DNA from: Pyrinomonadaceae bacterium
Lineage (GTDB): Bacteria > Acidobacteriota > Blastocatellia > Pyrinomonadales > Pyrinomonadaceae
Assembly (NCBI GenBank): GCA_014534425.1
Contig: JACVRN010000003.1
Span: forward strand, 11,391-75,390
DNA length: 64,000 nucleotides
Direction: 5' to 3'
Positions 45,801 to 54,458 of the stretch are shown piece after piece. Below the pieces are notes generated by a model. That model saw nothing but the letters and a program-made list of their open reading frames with translations. It searched no databases and was not told the origin of the DNA. How positions within the stretch are numbered: the stretch's first letter is position 1; each line of letters opens with the position of its first letter. Made by a program: the position numbers and the translations under genes.

Positions 45801-47889
45801 CGTTTCTTTTGGCAGTGAGCGCCACGATTTGATTCACGTCCAGGTCGTTGAAGGCTGCCTGAACGCGCGAAGAGCCGCGAGCAGTGTTGATGACGGCATT
45901 GCCGCTCGCGCTTCCATTCAGAATCTGCGCGTTGAAGTTGCGAAGCTCAACCTGATTGTTCGAAGCCGTCAATGCGGCACGCGCCGCTCCGAGTTGCACG
46001 CTCGCCAGCACGCCGCCGCCGAGGCTCAAATCCGCGCTCGCCCTGTAACGACCCGAAGGCTCAAGCACGAAGACGGGCCGCGCCAGTCTCACATCTCGAA
46101 TCGTGCCGCCTTCAAAATCCTTGCTCTTAGCAATCTGAACATTGCCTGCATTGATGTCGCCGCTTGTGCCTTCCACACGTCCTCCGGCGCGAATCGAAAG
46201 ACGAACGCCCGCAATGTTCAGGCTTCCAATCGTAGCGCCGGAAGCCTGTACGCCGCCCACGCTCAAGCGGTTGACGGCAACGTTCGTCACACCATTTCTA
46301 TCAACTACGTCAACGCCGTCGGCGGTTACTCCCTTGACCTGCCCTCCTTCGGCCATGACGGTTCCGGCCTGCACAGTTCCCGCCGTAGCGGTCGTCACTC
46401 CATTCTCACTACGCACGCGAACGTCCGAGGCTTGCGCCGCGTTGATGCGAGCCTCCGAAGTCGTGATGCCGTTTGCGGCTGCGCGCCGCGCGTTGGCCGT
46501 CAAAACTCCTTCACGCATCTCGGCCACAGCGTCGCTCAATATCAGGCCCGTGATTGAAGTTCCCTGGTAACGCGCCGCAGCCGAGCGCAGTTCGCCTACC
46601 CAACGAAAGTCCGTGCCCGTGCCTACGACTCCGCCCGTCACCTGCATGGCGGTCAACTGAAAATCGCCAGAAGACAGAAGCTCTGCCACGGCTCGACCCA
46701 GCTCGTCATAATCTGTGCCAACCCCGCTTCCTTTTGCCGTCAGTGTCAAAGCCTGCACGCGCACGCCGTCGGCAGCCATAGCGTCCGATTTAATCTCGCC
46801 GTCCACATTGTAGCGATGCCCTTCGCCGTTGATTGTGCCCACGAAGTTGCCCACTCCGCGCAGGGCCGTTCCCGGCTGCAAGATGTCGGAGGCTTGCGTC
46901 AGGTCAACTGTCGAAGTGACGTTCAGGTTGTAGCGCAAAGCGCGCCAGTCATCCATCACGCCCGTCAGACGAGCCTCGGCCAGAGGCGAGCGCAAGGTAA
47001 GCTCCTGAATCTCTGCGCGAGTTTGATTGATGCGCCCGCGCGCCGTCACGTCTATGTTATTGACGGGCCGACCGTCGTAGACGAACGTAGAGTTTGAAGC
47101 CGAGAGCGTGACGGTGTTCATCCAGCTTTCAGCCGGGGCGTTAGGGTTATCCGGCTGAATCGTGGCTACAAGATTGCGCGCTTCGCCCGAAATGTCGTGG
47201 CGCTCGTCTCCGTAATGAATGACGCCGTTGTTAATCTCGATTCGCGCCGTCGAATAAGAGAAGAGAATGCGGCGGTTGGGGTCGGGCGCTGGAAGTTTTA
47301 TGTTGCGAAAGTTCGAGTTGCCTTCAGCATCAAATTTGACCCAGACCTCCACGCCGTCAATCTTAAGCTCCTCAAGATTTATGTTGCGGCGCAGGTTGAG
47401 CGCGTAGAGGTCTTCTATGCGAACGACCGCCGTGAGCTTATCAATCCGCCCCAGCCGCTCGTTCGTAGCGGCGTCGTACAACTCAACGTCATTCATCTCG
47501 ACATTACGCGCGCCGCTCGTGTGAAACTCTTTAATCTCGGCGCGTATGCCGTACTGCGCGAAGGTGTCTTTAATCTGCCGTGCGATGTAGCGGTCAACGT
47601 AGCCGAGCCTGTAGAAGAGAACAGCGAGCAGGACTAAGCAGACGGCTATGATAGCGAGCGAGATTGTTAAGATAAACGCATTGCGGCGCGTCACCCAACG
47701 GCGGCGCTTCCCCTGCGGCGTGACTGGATGAGGGCTAGCTGCATCGCGCTCTGCCATACGCTCGGCTGCGGGCGGCAAAGGCTCGTCCGTCTCCGATTGT
47801 AGAGCGTCCTTGATCTCGCTTTTAGAGAGTGCGTCCCCAGGGTCAGGACGCCCGCCTTCGGGCGCATCATTGCGATCATCAACTGGCAT
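42856..47889 (-). CDS. tamB: Translocation and assembly module protein TamB (DUF490 C-terminus)
   Basis: 1677 aa with an N-terminal TM anchor and long beta-rich repeats. The C-terminus (...LSVTYSTNVTSDQNQILAVEYRVSDRLSFVAQY...) resembles DUF490. Confidence 0.8.
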   Translation of the reverse strand: MPVDDRNDAPEGGRPDPGDALSKSEIKDALQSETDEPLPPAAERMAERDAASPHPVTPQGKRRRWVTRRNAFILTISLAIIAVCLVLLAVLFYRLGYVDRYIARQIKDTFAQYGIRAEIKEFHTSGARNVEMNDVELYDAATNERLGRIDKLTAVVRIEDLYALNLRRNINLEELKIDGVEVWVKFDAEGNSNFRNIKLPAPDPNRRILFSYSTARIEINNGVIHYGDERHDISGEARNLVATIQPDNPNAPAESWMNTVTLSASNSTFVYDGRPVNNIDVTARGRINQTRAEIQELTLRSPLAEARLTGVMDDWRALRYNLNVTSTVDLTQASDILQPGTALRGVGNFVGTINGEGHRYNVDGEIKSDAMAADGVRVQALTLTAKGSGVGTDYDELGRAVAELLSSGDFQLTAMQVTGGVVGTGTDFRWVGELRSAAARYQGTSITGLILSDAVAEMREGVLTANARRAAANGITTSEARINAAQASDVRVRSENGVTTATAGTVQAGTVMAEGGQVKGVTADGVDVVDRNGVTNVAVNRLSVGGVQASGATIGSLNIAGVRLSIRAGGRVEGTSGDINAGNVQIAKSKDFEGGTIRDVRLARPVFVLEPSGRYRASADLSLGGGVLASVQLGAARAALTASNNQVELRNFNAQILNGSASGNAVINTARGSSRVQAAFNDLDVNQIVALTAKRNVPISGKATGTADLSFRGTDFKNTATGTVRADFTGETGTDATGTNPLTGTVALNARTPGLFEIERANLRTQSSELTASGRFSFARDESDLRVDLNAADASELQNVISSTGLLPSLEAQLNTYNVALDGRLTFNGTVRGRLENPSVEGRASLETLIVNGRELGTLTAALNLTPAEINVTDGKLAERDGGGVQFTLNAPRTGTNNISVDATLDRANAGNLLAAFQSGDTSIPGTTPSPAQLSDLQADVSGRIKISGFPDAMSGDANLRVGPGYLSGEHFDSITAQATFTGSKVNLNRVDARFDAGTIVAQGNYDTHSKEFDITANGTGIQLNRLTAFARGAGGVPQISGTADINAHATGIFTDFSTYVVTIDGTGRDVRINGREAGQLSLVGRTQDRQFNLSLTTGILGQPQVITASVDLGNKLLPAKIETNFANADLTGLFAALLPPGTAVTVTGRASGRLSAEGNLYNEDEGAFSFRGLRGTANFTNLTVQVEDVQLSAVSPLLVQFSGDEIFFEKTQFTGTGTNVLFGGTLAVGPGGHQNLTVNGQLNLRVLNGLSPDFFLAGTADVRVSVGGTYEEPRLNGSASVAGASLSAIITDQRLQMSNIEGRVIFNSNFAQISSLTGTLGGGRVNVTGGAQLLGFMPRNFRFSVHGDQVTVPYPEGFRTTADADLEINGSRSPSTGVITTFISGPVTLRRAEYTQDIELADLINQRREASLTEGSGEGALAATTQLDLRIEGRDALVVRNNLADVVGSVSLRVTGPVEDPIVAGRITASRGTLNFRRERYEVTRGFIDLPAQRDADPILNIQAESEIRGYRVIADLTGPLSQPSATVRSDPALPQVDVVSLILTGELSQEGTGTSVLAQSGVGTAASLLANTIINEPLRRATSKLYGLSLELDPLIAGRGGASPTARLRVTQPISKELSVTYSTNVTSDQNQILAVEYRVSDRLSFVAQYEQGSANGFSSRNDNFSFEIRFRKRF

Positions 47890-47960
47890 AAGAAAGGAAA
47901 CGCGAGTCCTAAATCAATAGACCGTCTCGCAGGCTCAGAATTAACGGGAGAGAAGAACGG

Positions 47961-48011
47961 TTTTCAGTTTTTAGTTTTCAGTAAGAAGACAAGTTTGCTT
48001 TTACTGAAAAC
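47961..48011. repeat. Family-B hairpin, (TTTTCAG)n heptad arms
   Basis: GTTTTCAGTAA (47974-47984) pairs with TTACTGAAAAC (48001-48011). The left arm is TTTTCAG TTTTTAG TTTTCAG. Confidence 0.75.
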
Positions 48012-48017
48012 TTTTTG

Positions 48018-49199
48018 TCACTCGTCACTTGTCACTGCATTTCTTTCCCTCTCGGCGGGCGAGCCGAGCGGAAGATTTCCGACTACCTCCAGATCAAAGC
48101 CTTCGAGTGCGGCGACCTTCGGGGGGTGGTTGGTCAGGAGCACTATGCGGCTGAGACCCAGTTCATGAAGAATCTGCGCGCCGACGCCGTAATCGCGGTT
48201 CGTGCCGTAGCCCGTCTCAAGACTTGCTTCCTGAAGGCTCAGCCCCTTCTCCTGCATCAACTGGTACGTGCGTAGCTGATGCACAAGGTCTAGGTTGTGC
48301 TCGCGTTGCCTGAGGTAAAGCACAACGCCCCGGCCCTCGGCTGCGATTTTTTCCAGCGCCGTGTGAAGCTGAAAGCCCGTGTCGCCAATCAGTGAGCCGA
48401 ACATGGCGAAGGTCACGTTCTCTGTGTGAACGCGAACCAGCACAGGCTCTTCACCCTTGACATCGCCCATGACCATGGCTACGTGGACTTCGCCGTTGAC
48501 TACGTTCTCGAAAGCTATGGCGCGAAAGCGTCCGTAAACGGTCGGCATATCGGTCTCGGCCACGCGCTTGACCAGCACTTCCTTTCGTATGCGATAGCGC
48601 ACGAGTTCCGCGACCGAGATGATTTTCAAATCATGCTCTGCGGCGAAGGCTTCAAGTTCCGGCATGCGGGCCATAGTCCCGTCCGGGTTCATAATCTCGC
48701 AGATGACGCCCGCAGGATAAAGCCCCGCTATGCGCGCTAGGTCAACGGAGGCTTCGGTCTGACCGGGACGCACGAGCACTCCGCCCTTCCGCGCGCGAAG
48801 CGGGAAGATGTGGCCGGGGCGGGCCAAATCCTGCGGCCTCGTCTTAGGGTCAACAGCCGTCAGGATGGTCGTGGCCCTGTCGGCAGCAGAGATGCCTGTG
48901 GTGACGCCCTTTCGCGCCTCAATCGAGACGGTAAAGGCAGTGCCCAGGAAGGAGGTGTTGTCCGCGACCTGCATGGTCAGGTGAAGCTCGTCGCAGCGCT
49001 CTTCCGTCAGGGGCATGCAGATAAGCCCGCGCGCGTGCGTCGCCATGAAATTGATTATCTCAGGCGTGATTTTCTCTGCGGCGCAGACCAGATCACCCTC
49101 ATTCTCGCGGTCTTCGTCATCAACGATGATGACCATTCGGCCTTCACGAATATCACGGGCGGCCTCTTCAATTGAAGCAAAAGGCATACAGGTTTTCAC
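48018..49199 (-). CDS. ribBA: Bifunctional 3,4-dihydroxy-2-butanone-4-phosphate synthase / GTP cyclohydrolase II
   Basis: DRENEGDL and TVSIEA are RibB motifs. The C-terminal half has the RibA pattern (VRVHTENV..., NLDLV...). Confidence 0.95.
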   Translation of the reverse strand: MKTCMPFASIEEAARDIREGRMVIIVDDEDRENEGDLVCAAEKITPEIINFMATHARGLICMPLTEERCDELHLTMQVADNTSFLGTAFTVSIEARKGVTTGISAADRATTILTAVDPKTRPQDLARPGHIFPLRARKGGVLVRPGQTEASVDLARIAGLYPAGVICEIMNPDGTMARMPELEAFAAEHDLKIISVAELVRYRIRKEVLVKRVAETDMPTVYGRFRAIAFENVVNGEVHVAMVMGDVKGEEPVLVRVHTENVTFAMFGSLIGDTGFQLHTALEKIAAEGRGVVLYLRQREHNLDLVHQLRTYQLMQEKGLSLQEASLETGYGTNRDYGVGAQILHELGLSRIVLLTNHPPKVAALEGFDLEVVGNLPLGSPAERERNAVTSDE

Positions 49200-49280
49200 T
49201 CGACTGTCGGGAGAGTGGAATTAACACGCTCTATGTTACCCGAAAGCAATCAATTTTGCGACTCGGAATTCTGAGGGGAT

Positions 49281-49351
49281 AAATTAACAGGATGGACAGG
49301 ATAAAGAAAAAGAAACTCTTTCTCTTTTTATCCTGTCCATCCTGTTAATTT
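49281..49351. repeat. Family-C hairpin (near-perfect palindrome)
   Basis: AAATTAACAGGATGGACAGGATAAAGA ... TTTATCCTGTCCATCCTGTTAATTT. It abuts the stop codon of the gene at 49350. Confidence 0.9.
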
Positions 49352-50243
49352 ATCTTTTCGGAAGAGGATTGAGGACTTCCACGAGCAGCTTCCACTTGCC
49401 GTCGGGCTGTCGCTTCCAGATGTGGACGTAGTAGCCGTTCTCGTCCTGTTTGCCGTCGGCGGATTTCAGGTCATAGGTGCCGTAGCTGTAGCCCAGGTCA
49501 ATCGAGCGCGCAACGTCCGACTTCTCCGGCTGCCAACTGAGCTTGCCCGTCGTGGCTTCAAGAGCGGAGCGTGCCGACTGCTTTCCTACAAACGGAAACT
49601 TGCCTTCGTGCAGCAGGCGCACGTCGTCGGCCATGTAGCTGAGATAAGCTTTCAGCGCTCCCTCCTCCACGGAGGCTTTGGAGAATTCGCGCTCAAGCTT
49701 CAGAATATTATTGCGCCCCGTTTCAAGGTCGGCTTCCGAGTTGTTCTTCGCGGCTTTCGATTCGACCGCAGCGAATGAGAGCGTTTGAACGGACGCGGGC
49801 TGCGGGTTGCTGATGCCAATGTCCAGCGCAAACAGGAACGCGCCGTCCGGCTGCTTTTTCCAGATGGTCATGAAATTGCCGAAGGCCGCAGGCTTATCTT
49901 GAGCGCCTTTCGGGCGAAACTCCCAAGGGCCTGTGTCGTAGCCCATGTCGCCCGCAGCAGAGATGTCGGCGTAGATAGGCTCCCAGGAAAGAAGTCCGGG
50001 CCGTGATGGCCTTGCCTCCCAGGTCTTCTTACCGTTCGCGGGGCCTGGAACGAAGACTATGCTGTCGTCCGCCATGAAGGCCAGGAAGGCGTCACGCGTG
50101 CCACGCTCGGCGGCTCTGCGGGCAAAGGCGCGCTCGGTCGTGATCATAGAATCAAGGTCTGATGAGCGCGCACTCTTTTGTTGAAGGCCGAGCGCCGAAA
50201 CAGCAAGCGCCGCAAGAAGCATCAACGCGGAAGCTTTCTTCAT
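49350..50243 (-). CDS. Secreted protein with tandem DUF4440/SnoaL-like (NTF2-fold) domains
   Basis: A signal peptide follows the ATG at 50243. Two similar halves each end in IWKKQPDG / IWKRQPDGKW. Confidence 0.6.
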   Translation of the reverse strand: MKKASALMLLAALAVSALGLQQKSARSSDLDSMITTERAFARRAAERGTRDAFLAFMADDSIVFVPGPANGKKTWEARPSRPGLLSWEPIYADISAAGDMGYDTGPWEFRPKGAQDKPAAFGNFMTIWKKQPDGAFLFALDIGISNPQPASVQTLSFAAVESKAAKNNSEADLETGRNNILKLEREFSKASVEEGALKAYLSYMADDVRLLHEGKFPFVGKQSARSALEATTGKLSWQPEKSDVARSIDLGYSYGTYDLKSADGKQDENGYYVHIWKRQPDGKWKLLVEVLNPLPKR

Positions 50244-50449
50244 TCCTGTATTACCTACTGGAAAATGTAATCGAAGAGCCAAAGGGAATCACACCGGGCG
50301 GTAGCAAGTGCCGTTCATTCGGATGATTTCCAATTTAGTAGATGCGCTCCGAACCAATCCCGGCTCGTGTGACGTGAGCCTAAGATTCATCGTGAGTGCG
50401 TAACAGTTGTCCGCGCGGGATGCTCTCTAATCAAAAACTGTGAGGGCGG

Positions 50450-51109
50450 CTATTCCGTGTAACCCAACTCTGCGAGTTTCTCTACTGTAAGATTGGAAGC
50501 GCTCGCAGGCTTCGCTGCATCGCCCACGGTCAGTATGCGCTCTACGTACTTGGCTATGATGTCCGCTTCCAGATTTACTTCCGCGCCCGTCTTCAGTTGC
50601 GAGAGGTTCGTCACATTCCAGGTCTTCGGAATGACAGCTATCTCGAAGTACTCGTCGGTCAGACCGGCGACCGTGAGGCTTATGCCCTCGACCGCGACGG
50701 AGCCTTTGAAGACCAGATAGCGAGCCATCTCGCGCGGGTAAGCTATGCGAACCGTCCAGGAGCCGCCGTGTTCCGTGGCCGAGAGGAAGCGACCGCGCGC
50801 GTCTACGTGTCCCTGAACGATGTGTCCGCCCAGACGCGTGGAGGGCGTGACGGCGCGCTCAAGGTTGACCGCAGAGCCTGCGCGCAACTGCCCCAGCGTG
50901 GAGCGCTGCAAGGTTTCGCGCGAGCCGTCGGCAGAGAAAGAATCGCCTCTCACATCAATGGCCGTCAGGCACACGCCGTTAACGGCGATTGAGTCTCCCT
51001 CTTCGGTTCCTTCCGTCACGCGGCGCGCTTCTATGACAAGGCGAGCGCCTTCCCCGCGCTTCTCAAGGCTACGCACGCGACCGAGTTCTTCGATGATTCC
51101 CGTGAACAT
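50450..51109 (-). CDS. ribE: Riboflavin synthase (alpha chain)
   Basis: MFTGIIEE...NGVCLT with an internal duplication (GSVAVEGISLTV). Confidence 0.95.
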   Translation of the reverse strand: MFTGIIEELGRVRSLEKRGEGARLVIEARRVTEGTEEGDSIAVNGVCLTAIDVRGDSFSADGSRETLQRSTLGQLRAGSAVNLERAVTPSTRLGGHIVQGHVDARGRFLSATEHGGSWTVRIAYPREMARYLVFKGSVAVEGISLTVAGLTDEYFEIAVIPKTWNVTNLSQLKTGAEVNLEADIIAKYVERILTVGDAAKPASASNLTVEKLAELGYTE

Positions 51110-51168
51110 AATATTTACAAGTGTGGCTTGCTTAAATCGGGCAAGAGCTGCTTCTTTACGGCCCCAGT

Positions 51169-51783
51169 CTATTGCGTGCTTTTTTCCTGTGCCTTTGCCC
51201 TGCGCTCCTTCAAGGTCTGTTCCGTGGCCGTGTCTGTGATATTCGCGTGATTGACCGCGCCGCCCGTGCTGGCGAAGAGCGTCACGTCAACGCCCGCGCA
51301 CTTGAGAGTCTTCATCTGTGTCTCCATGCCTACGCGCGCCTCCCAGGCTTCGACTGCGGGCAGACCGTTCTCGGAAGAGAATTTCGTGATGAACTCGTCC
51401 ACGTTCTTCCACTCGACGCCGTTGTATCCGACTATGAAACGGAAAAGCCGCCCGTCTAAAAAGGCGAAAAAGATATTGCTGATGCCTGCGAATTTAGCCT
51501 TCGATTCGTACCTTTCAGGCTTGATGGTTATGTTGACCGCGCCGAGGCGCGAGGGCGCGTCCGAGATGGCCGAGACAATTTCCTGCTCCTTGCTGCTGCC
51601 TGGAAAGAGGGCCAGCACTTGCTCTATGGTCATGCCCAGGCGTAGTCCGGCTATCCCCGGCAGTTGCGCTACGGTTAAAGTGCATTCGGGTTTTTCCTGT
51701 GCTGTGGCGGGCGCGTCCGCCGTCTGGGCCGAGACCATTGATGCCCCGATTATCAATAATAGAGTTGCGAAAAATTGCTTCAT
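51169..51783 (-). CDS. Secreted hypothetical protein
   Basis: Signal peptide (MKQFFATLLLIIGASMVSAQ); 204 aa. Confidence 0.55.
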   Translation of the reverse strand: MKQFFATLLLIIGASMVSAQTADAPATAQEKPECTLTVAQLPGIAGLRLGMTIEQVLALFPGSSKEQEIVSAISDAPSRLGAVNITIKPERYESKAKFAGISNIFFAFLDGRLFRFIVGYNGVEWKNVDEFITKFSSENGLPAVEAWEARVGMETQMKTLKCAGVDVTLFASTGGAVNHANITDTATEQTLKERRAKAQEKSTQ

Positions 51784-52074
51784 TACTGCTCCTCACTCCA
51801 AATTTGGGCCGCTCCGTTGAAATAATAGAACATTAATCCAAATACGTGCTACAATGCTCGGCGGTTAGAACCTCCCACCGAGAAGCTAATCCCTAGTCAA
51901 AACAGGTAGCAGTCATTAGGCAAAAAGTGGTTTTGTGCTGGTCTGAAGGCTAGTCCAGCCGCTTCGTGCGCCCATCTTTAGCGCGCGTCGGAGCGGAGTC
52001 TGAATGACCGGACGGTTGGTGGAATCTCGCCTCGTGTAATTTCAACTAAAATAAGTTTGGAGTACCTATCCCCC

Positions 52075-52560
52075 ATGAGTACATCTCGTCGCCGCTTTCT
52101 GAAATCAGGAATCCTGGCAGGCTTGGCCGCAGGTTTTTGTCTCAAAGAAGGCGCACTCGCGCTCGCGCAAAACTCCGGCAAGAAGCCCGATAAGAAACCC
52201 GACCGCGCCGGAAAAAAGAGAGACCGCTCCATCATCCCCGAAGGGGCCAAAATGAATGAAGTCTTCTTCTACACAAAGAAGACGTTCGACCCTTATCTGG
52301 GCACGGAATTCGCTATTCGGACTGGCATCGTCACCACGACGCTGACGTTGATAGAGGTAATAGACTGCTCGCCGAACAGGAAGGACGACTGCTTCGTGCT
52401 GATTTTCAAGGCCGACCGGGAGTTGCCCAAAGGCGTGACAATCTTAAAGCTTCAACACGACGCGCTGGGCAAGTTTGAACTGTCGCTTGAGGGCTGGAAA
52501 AATTTCAAAGACCCCGAAGGAATATACTACCAGGCCGTCATCAACCACGCGCTGGAGTAG
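52075..52560 (+). CDS. Tat-signal hypothetical protein
   Basis: The ATG at 52075 gives MSTSRRRFLKSGILAGLAAG, a twin-arginine motif. Confidence 0.55.
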   Translation: MSTSRRRFLKSGILAGLAAGFCLKEGALALAQNSGKKPDKKPDRAGKKRDRSIIPEGAKMNEVFFYTKKTFDPYLGTEFAIRTGIVTTTLTLIEVIDCSPNRKDDCFVLIFKADRELPKGVTILKLQHDALGKFELSLEGWKNFKDPEGIYYQAVINHALE

Positions 52561-52574
52561 TCTTAGTAAGATTC

Positions 52575-52668
52575 AAACAGGATGGAGGGATTGATTCATT
52601 TATTCATCGGTTCATTGATTAAATGAATCAATGAATCAATCTCTTTATCCTGTCCATCCTGTTAATTT
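52575..52668. repeat. Family-C composite hairpin (CAGGATGGA outer arm plus TGATTCAT inner module)
   Basis: AAACAGGATGGAGGGATTGATTCATTTATTCAT ... ATGAATCAATGAATCAATCTCTTTATCCTGTCCATCCTGTTAATTT. It lies between convergent genes. Confidence 0.85.
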
Positions 52669-52676
52669 CTTTCCTT

Positions 52677-53360
52677 TCAAATGGTGCTTGTTTCTTTGTT
52701 TGCCTGTCGCTCGCGTATGACTGTAATCATGCGCTCTGCGACTTCTTCTATGGAAAGGTCTGTTGAATCTATGACGACTGCGTTGTCGGCTATGGCGAGC
52801 GGCGAATCCTCTCTGGTCGAATCACGCTCGTCGCGCGCCGTTATGTCCGTGAGCGTTTCCTCAAAGGTCACATCGCGCTCGCGCAGCCGGTCTTCCTTGT
52901 AGCGGCGAGAGGCGCGCTCCTGCGGCTGCGCGGTCAGAAAGAATTTAACGTCCGCATTGGGGAAGACCACGGTGCCTATGTCGCGCCCGTCAAGGACTAC
53001 TCGACCGTGAGCGCCCATCCTGCGCTGGCGCTCCACGAGTGTTCGCCGCACCTGCGGGATGGCGGAGACGACAGATGAAGCGTGTGCGACTTCTTCAGTC
53101 CTTATCTCTTCGGAAATGTCTCGCCCGTTAAGACTGACGCGAAGCGAATCGGGATCGCCTTCGAGCTTGATGTCAGCGCTTTCGGCCACGGCAGCAACCG
53201 CCTCAGCATCGTTAAGGCTGGTGTTTGATTCCAGCGCCGCCAACGCCACCGCGCGATACATAGAGCCTGTGTCTATGTACAGGTAGCCCATCTCACGCGC
53301 AATCATGCGCCCTAGGGTAGATTTGCCCGCGCCCGACGGGCCGTCAATAGCAATTATCAT
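52677..53360 (-). CDS. cmk: Cytidylate kinase
   Basis: IIAIDGPSGAGKST P-loop. YLDTGxMYR-like YIDTGSMYRA. Confidence 0.95.
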   Translation of the reverse strand: MIIAIDGPSGAGKSTLGRMIAREMGYLYIDTGSMYRAVALAALESNTSLNDAEAVAAVAESADIKLEGDPDSLRVSLNGRDISEEIRTEEVAHASSVVSAIPQVRRTLVERQRRMGAHGRVVLDGRDIGTVVFPNADVKFFLTAQPQERASRRYKEDRLRERDVTFEETLTDITARDERDSTREDSPLAIADNAVVIDSTDLSIEEVAERMITVIRERQANKETSTI

Positions 53361-53369
53361 CTTTATTAT

Positions 53370-54416
53370 TTAAGTCTGGACTCCAGCCTCCAGACTTTTC
53401 TTTATTGCCTGAAGCGCCGTGTCTATGTCCTGGCTTGAGACATCGTAGTGCGTGACCATGCGAATCGAAGAGCCGAAGCCGGAGGCCAGAACATTACGGG
53501 CCTGAAGCCGCGCGCAAATCTCGTCCGCGCTGATTCCCGTCTGCGAAACGTCGAAGATGACTATATTAGTCACGACGCGCTCCGGGTCAATCACTATGCC
53601 CGGCATCTCGGCCAGGCCCAGTGCGAGCCGCTTTGCGTTGGCGTGGTCTTCAGGAAGACGCTTGGGCGTCTCTTCGAGCGCGACGAATCCTGCTGCTGCC
53701 AGGACTCCGGCCTGACGCATGCCGCCGCCGAGAAGCTTTCGCCAGCGTCGCGCTTCGTCAATAAAGTCGCGCGAGCCTAAAAGCATAGAGCCGACGGGCG
53801 CGCCGAGCGCCTTGGACAGGCAGAACATCACGGAGTCCACTGGCCGCGAAAGAGCCGAGACGGGAGTTTGAAGCGCGCAGCTTGCATTAAATATACGCGC
53901 GCCGTCCAGGTGAACCGGAAGATTGATGGCATGCGCCCGCTCGCAAATCTCTTCCGTACGCTCTGCGGTCAACAGTGTCCCGCCCGCGAGGTTATGCGAG
54001 TTCTCAAGCGCTATCATCCCCGTGGGCGCAACGTAATAGGCACCGCCCACATGAAGAGCGCCCGCTATGTCTTCCCAGGAAAGAATGCCGCTTCCGTCGC
54101 TGGATTTGACGGGGCGAGCCAGAGTGCCAGAGACGGCAGACATCGCGGCCATCTCGAAATTGTAGATATGCCCGCGCTCTTCAATGATGACCTCTGTACC
54201 GGGCCGTGTGTGCAGCTTGACGGCAATCTGGTTTCCCATAGAACCCGTCGGCACAAAGATGGCCGCCTCTTTCTCAAAGATTTCCGCCGCGCGCTCCTGC
54301 AAGCGATTGACGGTAGGGTCTTCTCCGTACACGTCGTCGCCCACTTCGGCCTCTGCCATAGCACGCCGCATGGCGGGCGTAGGCTTCGTCACAGTATCAC
54401 TGCGTAAGTCAATCAT
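53370..54416 (-). CDS. ltaE: Low-specificity L-threonine aldolase
   Basis: [11 protein letters not shown]...[13 protein letters not shown] and a PLP-lysine context ([10 protein letters not shown]). Confidence 0.9.
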   Translation of the reverse strand: MIDLRSDTVTKPTPAMRRAMAEAEVGDDVYGEDPTVNRLQERAAEIFEKEAAIFVPTGSMGNQIAVKLHTRPGTEVIIEERGHIYNFEMAAMSAVSGTLARPVKSSDGSGILSWEDIAGALHVGGAYYVAPTGMIALENSHNLAGGTLLTAERTEEICERAHAINLPVHLDGARIFNASCALQTPVSALSRPVDSVMFCLSKALGAPVGSMLLGSRDFIDEARRWRKLLGGGMRQAGVLAAAGFVALEETPKRLPEDHANAKRLALGLAEMPGIVIDPERVVTNIVIFDVSQTGISADEICARLQARNVLASGFGSSIRMVTHYDVSSQDIDTALQAIKKSLEAGVQT

Positions 54417-54458
54417 AATAAGAATCAGCCGAGAGCTTTGTTTCGTTAATGAGATAGC

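Noticed and set aside
49200-49280. A possible FMN (RFN) riboswitch upstream of ribBA. The minus strand reads ...GTGTTAATTCCACTCTCCCGACAGTCGAGTG, reminiscent of the RFN 3' half (GGTGAAATTCC...GCCGACAGT..AGTC).
   Set aside because: Only about 80 nt are available between the family-C hairpin and the ATG. The conserved 5' half (GGGCAGGGTGAAATTCCCGACCGGCGGTA...AGCCCGCGAGC) is absent. The resemblance is limited to a dozen bases.
50283-50449. An RFN-like fragment, GGGAATCACACCGGGCGGTAGCAAG, in the ribE/DUF4440 spacer.
   Set aside because: It lies on the plus strand, antisense to all neighbouring genes. It also lacks the rest of the riboswitch consensus.
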